Notes under the pieces: generated by a model | Told to the model about the DNA's origin: nothing | The model's database searches: none | The model's input: the letters and a program-made list of their open reading frames with translations, nothing else | Assembly: GCA_964635845.1 (NCBI GenBank) | Contig: CAZWNO010000004.1 | Coordinates: forward strand, 821 to 64,820 | Origin: an uncultured Chromatiales bacterium | GTDB lineage: Bacteria; Bacteroidota; Ignavibacteria; SZUA-365 | Reading direction: 5' to 3' | DNA: 64,000 nucleotides | In this document: positions 9,901-18,440 of the stretch, piece by piece | How the letters are laid out: each line of letters begins with the position of its first letter | Numbering within the stretch: the stretch's first letter is position 1 | Program-made: the position numbers and the translations under genes

Positions 9901-10629
9901 ATGATTGAAATACGGAACCTGCGAAAATCCTTCAACGGCAACGACGTCCTGCGCGGTGTGGACCTGACGATTCCCACCGGCGAGACCATCGCCGTCATCG
10001 GTCAGAGCGGCTGCGGGAAGAGCGTACTGCTCAAGCATATCATCGGACTGCTCACGCCGGACGAGGGGGAGATTCTCGTCGACGGACAGAATGTGCACAG
10101 GCTGCCGTCGAAAGAACTGTATCTCCTGCGGGGCCGCTTCGGTTTTCTGTTCCAGGGCGCGGCGCTCTTCGATTCGATGACCGTGCTCGAGAACGTGTCG
10201 CTGGGACTCGTCGAGAATTCCCCGATGACGGAAAAAGAGATCCGCGGCATCGTCGCGGAGAAGCTCGCCCTTGTCGGCCTGCCCGGGATCGAGGACAAGA
10301 AGCCGGCCGAGCTTTCCGGCGGCATGCGCAAGCGTGTCGGCCTTGCGCGCGCGCTCGCGACGAATCCCGATTACATCCTCTACGACGAACCGACGACAGG
10401 GCTCGACCCCGTCATGTCCAACCAGATCGACGCACTCATCGCCGAAATCACGGGCAAGCTCAGCGCCACCTCGATCGTCGTCACCCACGACATGTTCAGC
10501 GTCTACAACATCGTCGACCGCGTGGCGCTGATGCACGAGGGACGCATCTATTATTCCGGTACGCCCGCCGAATTCCAGTCCGCCGACGATCCGGTGATCC
10601 GCGATTTCATCGCGCGGTTCGGAAAATAG
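9901..10629 (+). CDS. ABC transporter ATP-binding protein, MlaF/Ttg2A-like (copy 2)
   Basis: Nucleotide-identical to copy 1 from about 9864 to about 10548. It then diverges almost only at synonymous sites, with F to Y and E to A replacements. Confidence 0.85.
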   Translation: MIEIRNLRKSFNGNDVLRGVDLTIPTGETIAVIGQSGCGKSVLLKHIIGLLTPDEGEILVDGQNVHRLPSKELYLLRGRFGFLFQGAALFDSMTVLENVSLGLVENSPMTEKEIRGIVAEKLALVGLPGIEDKKPAELSGGMRKRVGLARALATNPDYILYDEPTTGLDPVMSNQIDALIAEITGKLSATSIVVTHDMFSVYNIVDRVALMHEGRIYYSGTPAEFQSADDPVIRDFIARFGK

Positions 10630-10722
10630 GCGATAGGCGATAGGCGGTTGGCGGCAGGCAGTGGGCAGCAGGCGGCAGGCAGTGGGCAGCAGGCGGCAGG
10701 CAGTGGGCAGCAGGCGGCAGGC
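10628..10722. repeat. Tandem repeat, 21-bp unit ggcagcaggcggcaggcagtg, about 3.5 copies, preceded by gcgatagg x2
   Basis: Direct reading of the sequence. Confidence 0.8.
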
Positions 10723-10723
10723 C

Positions 10724-10763
10724 GTCATGCCGGGCAGGTCGCGAAGCGACCGTATCGAGGCAC
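10724..10763. repeat. 40-bp repeat gtcatgccgggcaggtcgcgaagcgaccgtatcgaggcac (copy a), abutting the ATG of the next gene
   Basis: Identical copy at 12099..12138 and a partial copy at 7005..7025. Contains a small hairpin gtcgc-gaa-gcgac. Confidence 0.8.
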
Positions 10764-12050
10764 ATGAAACAAGGTACCATTGAAATGAAGAAAATACAGA
10801 TAGATAATTCGAATTTCGAACTCTTCGACATGCCGACACGCGAAGATACGAAGGATGGAAACGGAAGTCCCGCTCGCGGCAGCCACAGCCTGGTCATTCA
10901 TCCCCGGTCCGGCAGCGTGCTGTCGAAGGAGGAAAAACAGTTCAACCGCCTCACCAGGGAGATCGCGGATCTCCAGCGACGGATCGGGGAGAGGACGGTC
11001 GAACTGGACAAAATACTCGACCTCTACCATGCGCGGTTGTATCCGCTGCGGAAGGAGGGCGCGGAACTGGATATCGAATTCGCCCGCCTCATCGCCACTG
11101 CGGCGCGGACGATGCGCTTCGGGAAGAACCAGGTGGAACGCGTCCGATACTTCATCCGGGATCTGTTCGAGAACGCGTTCGTCCTCGTCGAGCCCGATCC
11201 CGATACAATCGCCCTGTACGACGCGTGGGCGGAGGTCCTCGACGAGGAGGAGAAGAAGGAAACCCTCAATGCAATGAAAATCAGCATCGAGGAGTATGCG
11301 AGAGAAATGTTCGGTATGGACCTCGACATTTCGGAGAAGGAGCTTTCGGAACTCGACGGGAGTCCCGAATCCTACGCCCGCTTCCTGAGCCGTCTCATCG
11401 AACAGATGAGCGGGAAATCCTGGGAGGATATGCCTCCGGAACGCCCGCGCCGGAAAACGGCGAAACAGCTCGCCGCGGAAGAACGGAAACGAACGGAAGC
11501 CCTGGCAGAGGCGCGTAACACCCGCGCGATCTATCTTTCGCTCGCCAAGGCGCTGCATCCCGACCTCGCTGTCGACAACGACGATCGCACGCGGCGCGAG
11601 CAGCTCATGCGGCAGGTGACCGCGGCGTACCAGGCAGGCGATATGACGGCGCTGCTCCGACTCGAAATGGAATGGGTCGCCCGGGAAGACGGCGGACTGC
11701 ACCGCATGCCCGAGGAAACACTGCGCTCCATGATCTCCGCGCTCAAGACGCAGGCGGCCGTGCTTCGTGACGAACTACGCGGACTCCCGTACCATCCCCG
11801 TTACGAGCTGCTCGAACGATACGCGGAGATGTCCACCCAGAGAGCGATAAACGCGATCGAACGCGATATGCGAGCATACGATGATCAGATCGACAACAAT
11901 CGCGCGCTGCTGGAATCGATCGGACCGAAACCGACGAAGAAGACGATCATGGAACTGGTGGACGCCGCGGAAGAAGCGGCATCCCAGGACTATTTCTTCG
12001 AGGACATCATCCGGGAGTATGCATCAGGCTTGAAGAAGCGTCACCGGTGA
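10764..12050 (+). CDS. Hypothetical coiled-coil protein with an internal J-domain-like segment (HPD motif)
   Basis: RAIYLSLAKALHPDLAVDNDDRTRREQLMRQVTAAYQAGD resembles J-domain helices II-III with the HPD tripeptide. GC3 supports this frame over the antisense ORF 10725..11702. Confidence 0.45.
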   Translation: MKQGTIEMKKIQIDNSNFELFDMPTREDTKDGNGSPARGSHSLVIHPRSGSVLSKEEKQFNRLTREIADLQRRIGERTVELDKILDLYHARLYPLRKEGAELDIEFARLIATAARTMRFGKNQVERVRYFIRDLFENAFVLVEPDPDTIALYDAWAEVLDEEEKKETLNAMKISIEEYAREMFGMDLDISEKELSELDGSPESYARFLSRLIEQMSGKSWEDMPPERPRRKTAKQLAAEERKRTEALAEARNTRAIYLSLAKALHPDLAVDNDDRTRREQLMRQVTAAYQAGDMTALLRLEMEWVAREDGGLHRMPEETLRSMISALKTQAAVLRDELRGLPYHPRYELLERYAEMSTQRAINAIERDMRAYDDQIDNNRALLESIGPKPTKKTIMELVDAAEEAASQDYFFEDIIREYASGLKKRHR

Positions 12051-12098
12051 CCAGCGATGCATGGCCGTTTCTCGAAGCGGCGCATGGACAGGCAGACC

Positions 12099-12152
12099 GT
12101 CATGCCGGGCAGGTCGCGAAGCGACCGTATCGAGGCACGGTCCCTCGATACG
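12099..12152. repeat. 40-bp repeat copy b, extended by an inverted repeat cgtatcgagg/cctcgatacg that forms a hairpin
   Basis: Identical to 10724..10763. It lies just after the stop of the J-domain gene and is a direct repeat with copy a. Confidence 0.8.
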
Positions 12153-12316
12153 CCGTCCGCCTGCGGCGTCCGGCTACTCGGGATGACAGAAGGAAAATGG
12201 AGATTGTCCAATACAGTTGTATATTTGTCTAATGTCCGAGGAGTGGGAAGTGCTGAGTGCCCAGGCTCGGACATTGGAGGCGACGATCGCGAGAACGCTG
12301 CGGAGGTTTTTCAGGC

Positions 12317-12730
12317 GTGAAAACGGAACTCATTCAGACATTGACCGCGACCTTCGAGGGACACGCCCAACTCACAGAGAACGGTGTGGAATACTGGCTG
12401 GCACGGGATCTTCAGCATCTGCTGGGATATGCAGAGTGGCGGAATTTTCACAACACGGCGATTTCCAAGGCAAGAACGGCCTGTGAGGTCTCCGGGCATT
12501 CGGCATCGGATCATTTTGTTGACGTCAACAAAACGATACAGATGCCGAAAGGTGCGGAAAAGGAACATGTCGCGAACAACGAGGTCGTGCGCAACACTTT
12601 GCTGGAACGCGGCATCCATCCAGAATCGCTCCCCGCTGACGAGGATGTGAAAAAAGTCGAACGGCGGCTTGCTTCCGAAGAAAAGAAATCGCTGAAGAAT
12701 CCGGAAGCTCTGCGAACAGAGGATGCATGA
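12317..12730 (+). CDS. dinD: DNA-damage-inducible protein D-like (DinD / Bro-N domain), short form
   Basis: EYWLARDLQHLLGYAEWRNFHNTAISKARTACEVSGHSASDHFVDVNKTI closely parallels E. coli DinD (WRNFQKV..ATQACEASGHAASDHFVE). A GTG start at 12317 has a GGAGG RBS 9 nt upstream. The ORF as listed begins at 12257. Confidence 0.6.
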   Translation: MKTELIQTLTATFEGHAQLTENGVEYWLARDLQHLLGYAEWRNFHNTAISKARTACEVSGHSASDHFVDVNKTIQMPKGAEKEHVANNEVVRNTLLERGIHPESLPADEDVKKVERRLASEEKKSLKNPEALRTEDA

Positions 12731-14727
12731 AAAAAATCACCCTCAGTAAAGCACCGCTCAGCCTGCTCACGTCGGATGAGTCGCGTTACCGCATCCGCTA
12801 CCGTGACGAGCTCAACGAGGCGCAGTACGAGGCCGCGACGCAGATTGACGGTCCCGTGCTCGTCGTGGCGGGCGCGGGTACGGGCAAGACGCGCACGCTG
12901 ACCTACCGCGTCGCGCGGCTGATCGAGTCGGGCGTGCTTCCCGAGGCCGTGCTGCTGCTGACCTTCACGCGGAAGGCCGCGCGCGAGATGCTGCGCCGCG
13001 CGGCCATGCTGCTCGACGAGCGCACCGAACGCGTCTCCGGCGGCACCTTCCATTCCTTCGCCAACATGGTGCTGCGGCAGCACGCCGCGGAGGTCGGCTA
13101 CGCATCGAATTTCACCATCCTCGACCAGGGCGATTCGGAGGACGTGATCAACGTGCTGCGCTCGCGCCTGGGACTCGCCGCGAAGGAAAAGCGTTTCCCG
13201 CGGAAGCAGACGCTGCAGCGGATGTACAGCGCGACGGTGAACACGCTGACGCCGCTGGAGATCGTCGTGGCGAAGGATTACCCGCAATTCGCCGGACAGA
13301 TCGACGACATCGAGGCGCTCGCGCGCGCGTACGTCGCCTACAAGCGCGCGAATAACATCATGGACTACGACGACCTGCTCGTCAACCTCGTCACCCTGCT
13401 CGAACAGCGCGAGCAGGTCCGCCTCCGCATGGGCGAGCGCTACCGCTACATCATGGTCGACGAGTACCAGGACACCAACAAGCTGCAGGCCCGCATCGTC
13501 CGGCAGCTCGCGGCGACGCACGACAACGTGATGGCCGTGGGCGACGACGCGCAGAGCATCTACTCCTTCCGCGGCGCGAATTTCCGCAACATCATGGATT
13601 TCCCGAAGGACTTCCCGGGCTGCCGCGTCATCACCCTCGAGGAGAATTACCGCAGCACACAGCCGGTGCTGGATTTCACGAACGAAATCATCCGGATGGC
13701 CGCGGAGAAATACAGCAAGACCCTGTACACGACGCGGCGGGAGGGGATGACGCCCGCGCTGATTTCGATGGAAGGCGAAAACACCCAGTCGCGCTTCATC
13801 GCGCAGCAGGTGCTCGAACTCCGCGAGGAGGGCGTGCCTCTCAAGGAAATCTCAGTACTCTTCCGCGCCGGCTACCACAGCTTCGATCTGGAAATCGAAC
13901 TCGCGCGGTACAACATTCCGTACGTGAAATTCGGCGGACTCAAGCTCATGGAGACCGCGCATATCAAGGACATGCTGGCCTACCTGCGCATCGTCGAGAA
14001 TCCGAAGGATGTGATCTCGTGGACCCGGGTCCTGCTGCTGCTCGACGGCATCGGTCCCGTTTCCGCCGAGCGCGTCACCGACGAGATCACGCGCGGGCTC
14101 AATCCTCTCGCCGAGTCCGCGACCGGGCGCCTGATGCAGCTCGTGCGCGGCGCGGAACTCCCGGTGCTTCTCGACGTGCTGCGCGAGGTAGCGCCCGAGC
14201 GCATCGCGCCGGGGGACAAAACCGAGCGCCTGCTCCGATATTACACACCGATTCTCAAGGCGCGGTACGACGACCATCCCAAGCGGCTCAAGGACCTCGA
14301 GATGTTCCAGACCATCGCCGAGCGTTACGGCCAACTCGCGATCATGCTCACCGACATGGCGCTCGAGCCGCCCAACGAGAGCGTCGAGGACCTCCTGCCC
14401 GAGGGACACGAGGATGAATTCCTCACCCTCTCGACCATTCATTCCGCCAAGGGGCTCGAGTGGAACACCGTCTTCGTGATGTATCTCGTCGACGGCCGTT
14501 TCCCCGTCACCGCCGCGGCCGACAGCTTCGAATCTATGGAAGAGGAGCGCCGGCTCTTCTACGTCGCCTGCACCCGCGCCAAGCAGCGCCTCTACCTCAC
14601 CTATCCCACCAACATCTTCGACCGCGCCACCGGCACCATCCTCGGCAAACCCTCCCGCTTCCTCGACGGCATCCCCGACCAGCTCGTCGACGGCTATGTG
14701 GTGGAGAGGGAAGACCGGCAGGATTGA
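12727..14727 (+). CDS. UvrD/PcrA/Rep-family ATP-dependent DNA helicase
   Basis: Motif I VVAGAGTGKTRTLTYR, motif II DEYQDTN, motif IV/V. C-terminal LYVACTRAKQRLYLTY. Confidence 0.85.
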   Translation: MKKITLSKAPLSLLTSDESRYRIRYRDELNEAQYEAATQIDGPVLVVAGAGTGKTRTLTYRVARLIESGVLPEAVLLLTFTRKAAREMLRRAAMLLDERTERVSGGTFHSFANMVLRQHAAEVGYASNFTILDQGDSEDVINVLRSRLGLAAKEKRFPRKQTLQRMYSATVNTLTPLEIVVAKDYPQFAGQIDDIEALARAYVAYKRANNIMDYDDLLVNLVTLLEQREQVRLRMGERYRYIMVDEYQDTNKLQARIVRQLAATHDNVMAVGDDAQSIYSFRGANFRNIMDFPKDFPGCRVITLEENYRSTQPVLDFTNEIIRMAAEKYSKTLYTTRREGMTPALISMEGENTQSRFIAQQVLELREEGVPLKEISVLFRAGYHSFDLEIELARYNIPYVKFGGLKLMETAHIKDMLAYLRIVENPKDVISWTRVLLLLDGIGPVSAERVTDEITRGLNPLAESATGRLMQLVRGAELPVLLDVLREVAPERIAPGDKTERLLRYYTPILKARYDDHPKRLKDLEMFQTIAERYGQLAIMLTDMALEPPNESVEDLLPEGHEDEFLTLSTIHSAKGLEWNTVFVMYLVDGRFPVTAAADSFESMEEERRLFYVACTRAKQRLYLTYPTNIFDRATGTILGKPSRFLDGIPDQLVDGYVVEREDRQD

Positions 14728-14732
14728 ACACC

Positions 14733-15200
14733 ATGTCGCTGCTGATCCAGGAAGTTCCTGCAACTGATGCTCCATTGGAGCTGTTGCTCCTCGCCGATCC
14801 CTCGGAAGACAACATTCGCTCCTATCTTCCAGGATCGAAGTGTTTCGTTATTGCATGTGATGCGGTCGTGGTTGGTGCATGCGTCGTACAGCCACGCGGC
14901 GCGGACACATATGAACTCATGAGCATCGCGGTGGATCCCGCACGGCAGAAATCCGGATACGGCACCGCGCTGTTGAAATGGGTTATCGATTACTACCGCA
15001 ACGCCGGCGCACGGTGGCTCGAGGTGGGGACCGGCACGTTCGGCTATCAGCTCGCCTTCTACCAGCGTCAGGGTTTCCGGGTGACGAGCATCGACCGTGA
15101 CTTCTTCGTCAGGAACTACCCCGAGCCGATCTTCGAGGATGGCATTCAGCTCATCGACATGCTGCGACTGACGCTGTGGTATCCGGGGACTGTTGACTGA
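14733..15200 (+). CDS. GNAT family N-acetyltransferase
   Basis: VDPARQKSGYGTALL matches the GNAT motif A (Q/RxxGxG/A). About 155 aa. Confidence 0.6.
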   Translation: MSLLIQEVPATDAPLELLLLADPSEDNIRSYLPGSKCFVIACDAVVVGACVVQPRGADTYELMSIAVDPARQKSGYGTALLKWVIDYYRNAGARWLEVGTGTFGYQLAFYQRQGFRVTSIDRDFFVRNYPEPIFEDGIQLIDMLRLTLWYPGTVD

Positions 15201-15214
15201 CCGCGAATTCTCGC

Positions 15215-16165
15215 ATGTTATATTCACATGGAAGATTACTCATGCAGAGCCTTCGAAGTCTAATTGTTATCTGGCTGATTAGAAACAGACACCTGTTCAG
15301 GATGAAGCTGAGACCTGAAGTGGTGGATGCCGGTTTTTCCGTGGAAAAATTCAGAGAAGACGTGATCAAAGCTGCAGCAAAAATGAAGATGCAGAAAGGC
15401 ATCACCACGAAGAAACAAACCATAAATACAATCGAAGCCGAATGGATTATTCCAGAGAAACCTGCTGAAGGTAAGGTGCTGCTATACATACATGGTGGCG
15501 GATTTATTTCAGGTTCATGTAGTACGCACCGTAGGCATGTCGCAAAATTTGCGTGTGGCTGTCAATTGAAATCATTGGTATTTGATAACAGGCTTGCCCC
15601 GGAACATCCTTTTCCTGCTGCACTTGATGATTGTGTCACAGTATATAAATGGCTTCTGGAGGATGGCTGCAAATCCGATGACATCATTGTCGGTGGCGAA
15701 TCATCCGGTGGCACGTTGACGCTTGCTTTGCTTTTGGCATTGAAGGAACAAGGGATCGACATGCCAAAGGCCGCATTTTCGGTTTCACCAGTAACGGACC
15801 TCAGATGTCTGGCTGATTCTTTTCATTATAATGCCAGGAATGATATAGCTCCTCTGGACTCCTGGAACGTATGGACAAAACTCTACATTGGCGATAATGA
15901 TCCGACACTGCCGCTCTTGTCCCCTCAGATGGGGAATTATTCAGGTCTGCCCCCACTCCACGTATGTGTCGGAACGTATGAAATTCATTTGGATGATTGC
16001 GAGAATGTGGCAAGAAAGGCCAAAGAACAGGGAGTGGATGTAACGTTGAGTAAATGGCCTCGAATGGTTCACGCATTTCCAATCCTCTCCCCGCTATTTC
16101 CGGAAGCAAAAAATGCTATGACGGAGATCTGCGAATTTGTAAAAAGTCATATAACAGCAGCATGA
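15215..16165 (+). CDS. Alpha/beta hydrolase, family IV (HSL-like) esterase/lipase
   Basis: HGGGF oxyanion motif. GESSGG nucleophile elbow. Conserved acidic and His positions. The gene lies in a local low-GC patch. Confidence 0.8.
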   Translation: MLYSHGRLLMQSLRSLIVIWLIRNRHLFRMKLRPEVVDAGFSVEKFREDVIKAAAKMKMQKGITTKKQTINTIEAEWIIPEKPAEGKVLLYIHGGGFISGSCSTHRRHVAKFACGCQLKSLVFDNRLAPEHPFPAALDDCVTVYKWLLEDGCKSDDIIVGGESSGGTLTLALLLALKEQGIDMPKAAFSVSPVTDLRCLADSFHYNARNDIAPLDSWNVWTKLYIGDNDPTLPLLSPQMGNYSGLPPLHVCVGTYEIHLDDCENVARKAKEQGVDVTLSKWPRMVHAFPILSPLFPEAKNAMTEICEFVKSHITAA

Positions 16166-16313
16166 ACGAAAACTGGCGATTCTGCTGCGCTCCATTGCCG
16201 GCCGGTCATGCACGGCGTTCGCCAGAGGAGATAGACGAAAATGCGCCGCGCACTTGAAGCAATCACACTTCAAATGATTTTTCGACAACTATCTTGAAAA
16301 CCATCGACCGCAT

Positions 16314-16898
16314 ATGTCAAAGCGCATCGCCCCTCGTACGCCTGTCTTCTTCCCAACGCCTGAGGCATTTCGCAGGTGGCTGTCTCGTCACGCCTCCTCA
16401 GCCTCCGAACTCCTCGTCGGCTTCTACAAGGTTGACTCTGGCCGGCCCAGCCTCACCTGGTCTGAGTCCGTCGATGAAGCAATCTGCTTCGGCTGGATCG
16501 ACGGGATTCGAAAGAGCATCGACGACGTGTCCTACCAGATTCGGTTCACACCGCGCAGACCAGGCTCGAACTGGAGCGCCATCAACATCGCGAAGGCGGA
16601 AGTCCTGATCTCCCAAGGGCGCATGCAGCCTCCCGGCATGCTCGCCTACACACATTGCGCGGATCACGGATCGAACGCCTCCTCCTCCGGGCAAGAGGCT
16701 CCTCCAGCCTTCACTGCGGAGGAACAGGCGCTCTTCGCGCAGTCACCCGCCGCGTGGCAATTCTTCAACGGCACACCACCGAGCTATCAGCGAGCCGTCA
16801 TCCGTTGGATCGCAAGTTCCAGGCATTCAACCACTCGGGCACGTCGTCTCGCGCACCTCATCGAATCATGCGCAGCCGGCAAGCGCTTGCAGTCCTAG
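16314..16898 (+). CDS. YdeI/OmdA-family (DUF1801-like) protein
   Basis: FYKVDSG..SLTWSESVDEAICFGWIDGIRKSIDDVSYQIRFTPRRPGSNWS matches the YdeI/OmpD-associated family pattern. Confidence 0.55.
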   Translation: MSKRIAPRTPVFFPTPEAFRRWLSRHASSASELLVGFYKVDSGRPSLTWSESVDEAICFGWIDGIRKSIDDVSYQIRFTPRRPGSNWSAINIAKAEVLISQGRMQPPGMLAYTHCADHGSNASSSGQEAPPAFTAEEQALFAQSPAAWQFFNGTPPSYQRAVIRWIASSRHSTTRARRLAHLIESCAAGKRLQS

Positions 16899-16934
16899 CG
16901 TACCGGCTGCGAACTCAACACGTGAGGCATCGGC

Positions 16935-17015
16935 GTGAGGGAAAATGTGATTGAGGGAATATTCTCCGCACTGGACGCCGTCAAGCCCACTGGGCTGGGG
17001 ATGGCGGGGTAACTC
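16935..17015. repeat. ~80-bp dispersed repeat, copy A (agggaaaatgtgattgagggaatattc..gacgccgtcaagccc..tgggctggggatggcggggt)
   Basis: About 90% identical to 19575..19655. Both copies lie just after a + strand gene. Confidence 0.75.
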
Positions 17016-17137
17016 CTGCCCCTCGATACATTCGTCTTCGCTTCGCGACTCCGCCTTACTCGGCGTGATGGTACCATGAGGCGTCTGTGATGATGTATCA
17101 AGACGCACGTACGAGAAATAGGGAATACAATCCCTTC

Positions 17138-17166
17138 TTGACAAAGGTATCTGGAATCTGTATAAT
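17138..17166 (+). promoter_or_regulatory. Consensus sigma70-type promoter (TTGACA, 17-bp spacer, TATAAT)
   Basis: ttgaca at 17138..17143, spacer aaggtatctggaatctg, tataat at 17161..17166. About 100 nt upstream of the ATG at 17274. The leader contains hairpins gaacc-gcaaga-ggttc and ggctc-gtgat-gagcc. Confidence 0.6.
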
Positions 17167-17273
17167 GGGCGCAAGCAGTCATTACAGTTCGACCCAGGAG
17201 GAACCGCAAGAGGTTCGGAGCTTCTGTTGATAGCAATCAAGGCTCGTGATGAGCCTGGGAGTAAAAGACTGAA

Positions 17274-18428
17274 ATGAAAATGAAGCGGTATCCGGCTGGA
17301 CCGGTCGCTCTCTTCGCGATCGCGGCGATGGTTGCCCTCGTGGCATGCTCGAATTCCAGCGAGCCCCCGCTCCCGCCCGATCCCGGAATCGTCGACACCA
17401 CGACGCATGACTACAGTTGGGAGTACCATTTCATCGATGCCCCGCGGGGTGAAATCAATTTCCTGCGCGACATCCAGATCGTGGACGAGGACGATATCTG
17501 GTTTGTCGGGGAGATCTATACCGACACGCTGAATTACAGTATCCCGCATCGCAAAACCATCAGATTCCTTAACACAATCCATTGGAATGGAGCAACTCTT
17601 TCAGGTTATTCGTATGAATCGATCGTAGCAAGCGGGGAGGTGGAGAGGGCTAATTTCTATGCCTTGGCCAATCGGCGACGCACAAAGTATTTAATCTCGG
17701 GTCTTGGCATTACCGAATTGAACGACGATACGATTGTGTTTCACGACATGCGGATTTTGAATGGGAAGTGGTACGGATTTGAAATGGCGAGTACCGAAGC
17801 CAGTGGGAAGATGTTCATTTACGGACTCCCCGGATTCCTGGCAGAACTGGTGCAGGCGGGGCCGCTCCAACCTATCGGGATTCGGCAGATTCCGCTCCCC
17901 ACTCAAGCTCCGGTGCGTGCATTCGTCGAAGTAAACGAGCAGGAATACTTCATCGGCGTGTATTCCGACGAGACGGGGGAACATCACTGGTATCACTCCA
18001 AGGATGGAATGCTGCTCGAGTATTCGTTCTCCGCGGTCGGCGTTTACAGCCGCGATTATTGTACTGCGCTGTGGGCGAGCGATGACAAGTTGTTCGCGAC
18101 CAGTACGCCCTTCCTGTTCGTCCAGTCGCTCGCGGATACATCGGACAGGGTGTTCGTCAATTTTCTGGACGATCTCGGACGGTCATCGGTAGGACGCATC
18201 GAGAAGATGACGGGGCGCGCGAACAATGACATTTTTTTCGTCGGCCAAGTGTCGACGGTAATGCATTACAACGGAAAGACTTTCCACGTTTATGACGAAA
18301 TAGCCGAAAGGGCATCGATGAGCCGTTTCTGGGATGTCACAATCGCAGGTGACAAGGTGTACATCGTCGGTGTCCGGGAATTTGGAGGACAATATCAAGC
18401 TGTACTTATAATCGGTACGAAACAATAG
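17274..18428 (+). CDS. Hypothetical lipoprotein
   Basis: Signal peptide and lipobox AMVALVAC|SNS. No recognisable catalytic motif. Confidence 0.55.
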   Translation: MKMKRYPAGPVALFAIAAMVALVACSNSSEPPLPPDPGIVDTTTHDYSWEYHFIDAPRGEINFLRDIQIVDEDDIWFVGEIYTDTLNYSIPHRKTIRFLNTIHWNGATLSGYSYESIVASGEVERANFYALANRRRTKYLISGLGITELNDDTIVFHDMRILNGKWYGFEMASTEASGKMFIYGLPGFLAELVQAGPLQPIGIRQIPLPTQAPVRAFVEVNEQEYFIGVYSDETGEHHWYHSKDGMLLEYSFSAVGVYSRDYCTALWASDDKLFATSTPFLFVQSLADTSDRVFVNFLDDLGRSSVGRIEKMTGRANNDIFFVGQVSTVMHYNGKTFHVYDEIAERASMSRFWDVTIAGDKVYIVGVREFGGQYQAVLIIGTKQ

Positions 18429-18440
18429 ACGCTTCTCAGT

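Noticed and set aside
12190-12320. LexA/SOS box upstream of the dinD homologue
   Set aside because: The only candidate (acagttgtatatttgt) has ACAG..TTGT rather than the CTGT-N8-ACAG palindrome. Neither GAAC-N4-GTTC nor GTTC-N7-GTTC is present. Not supportable.
17040-17270. tRNA or riboswitch in the leader of the lipoprotein operon
   Set aside because: No cloverleaf signature (no GTTCGAATC T-loop or anticodon stem) and no recognisable riboswitch core. Only simple hairpins are present, so it is reported just as a structured leader.
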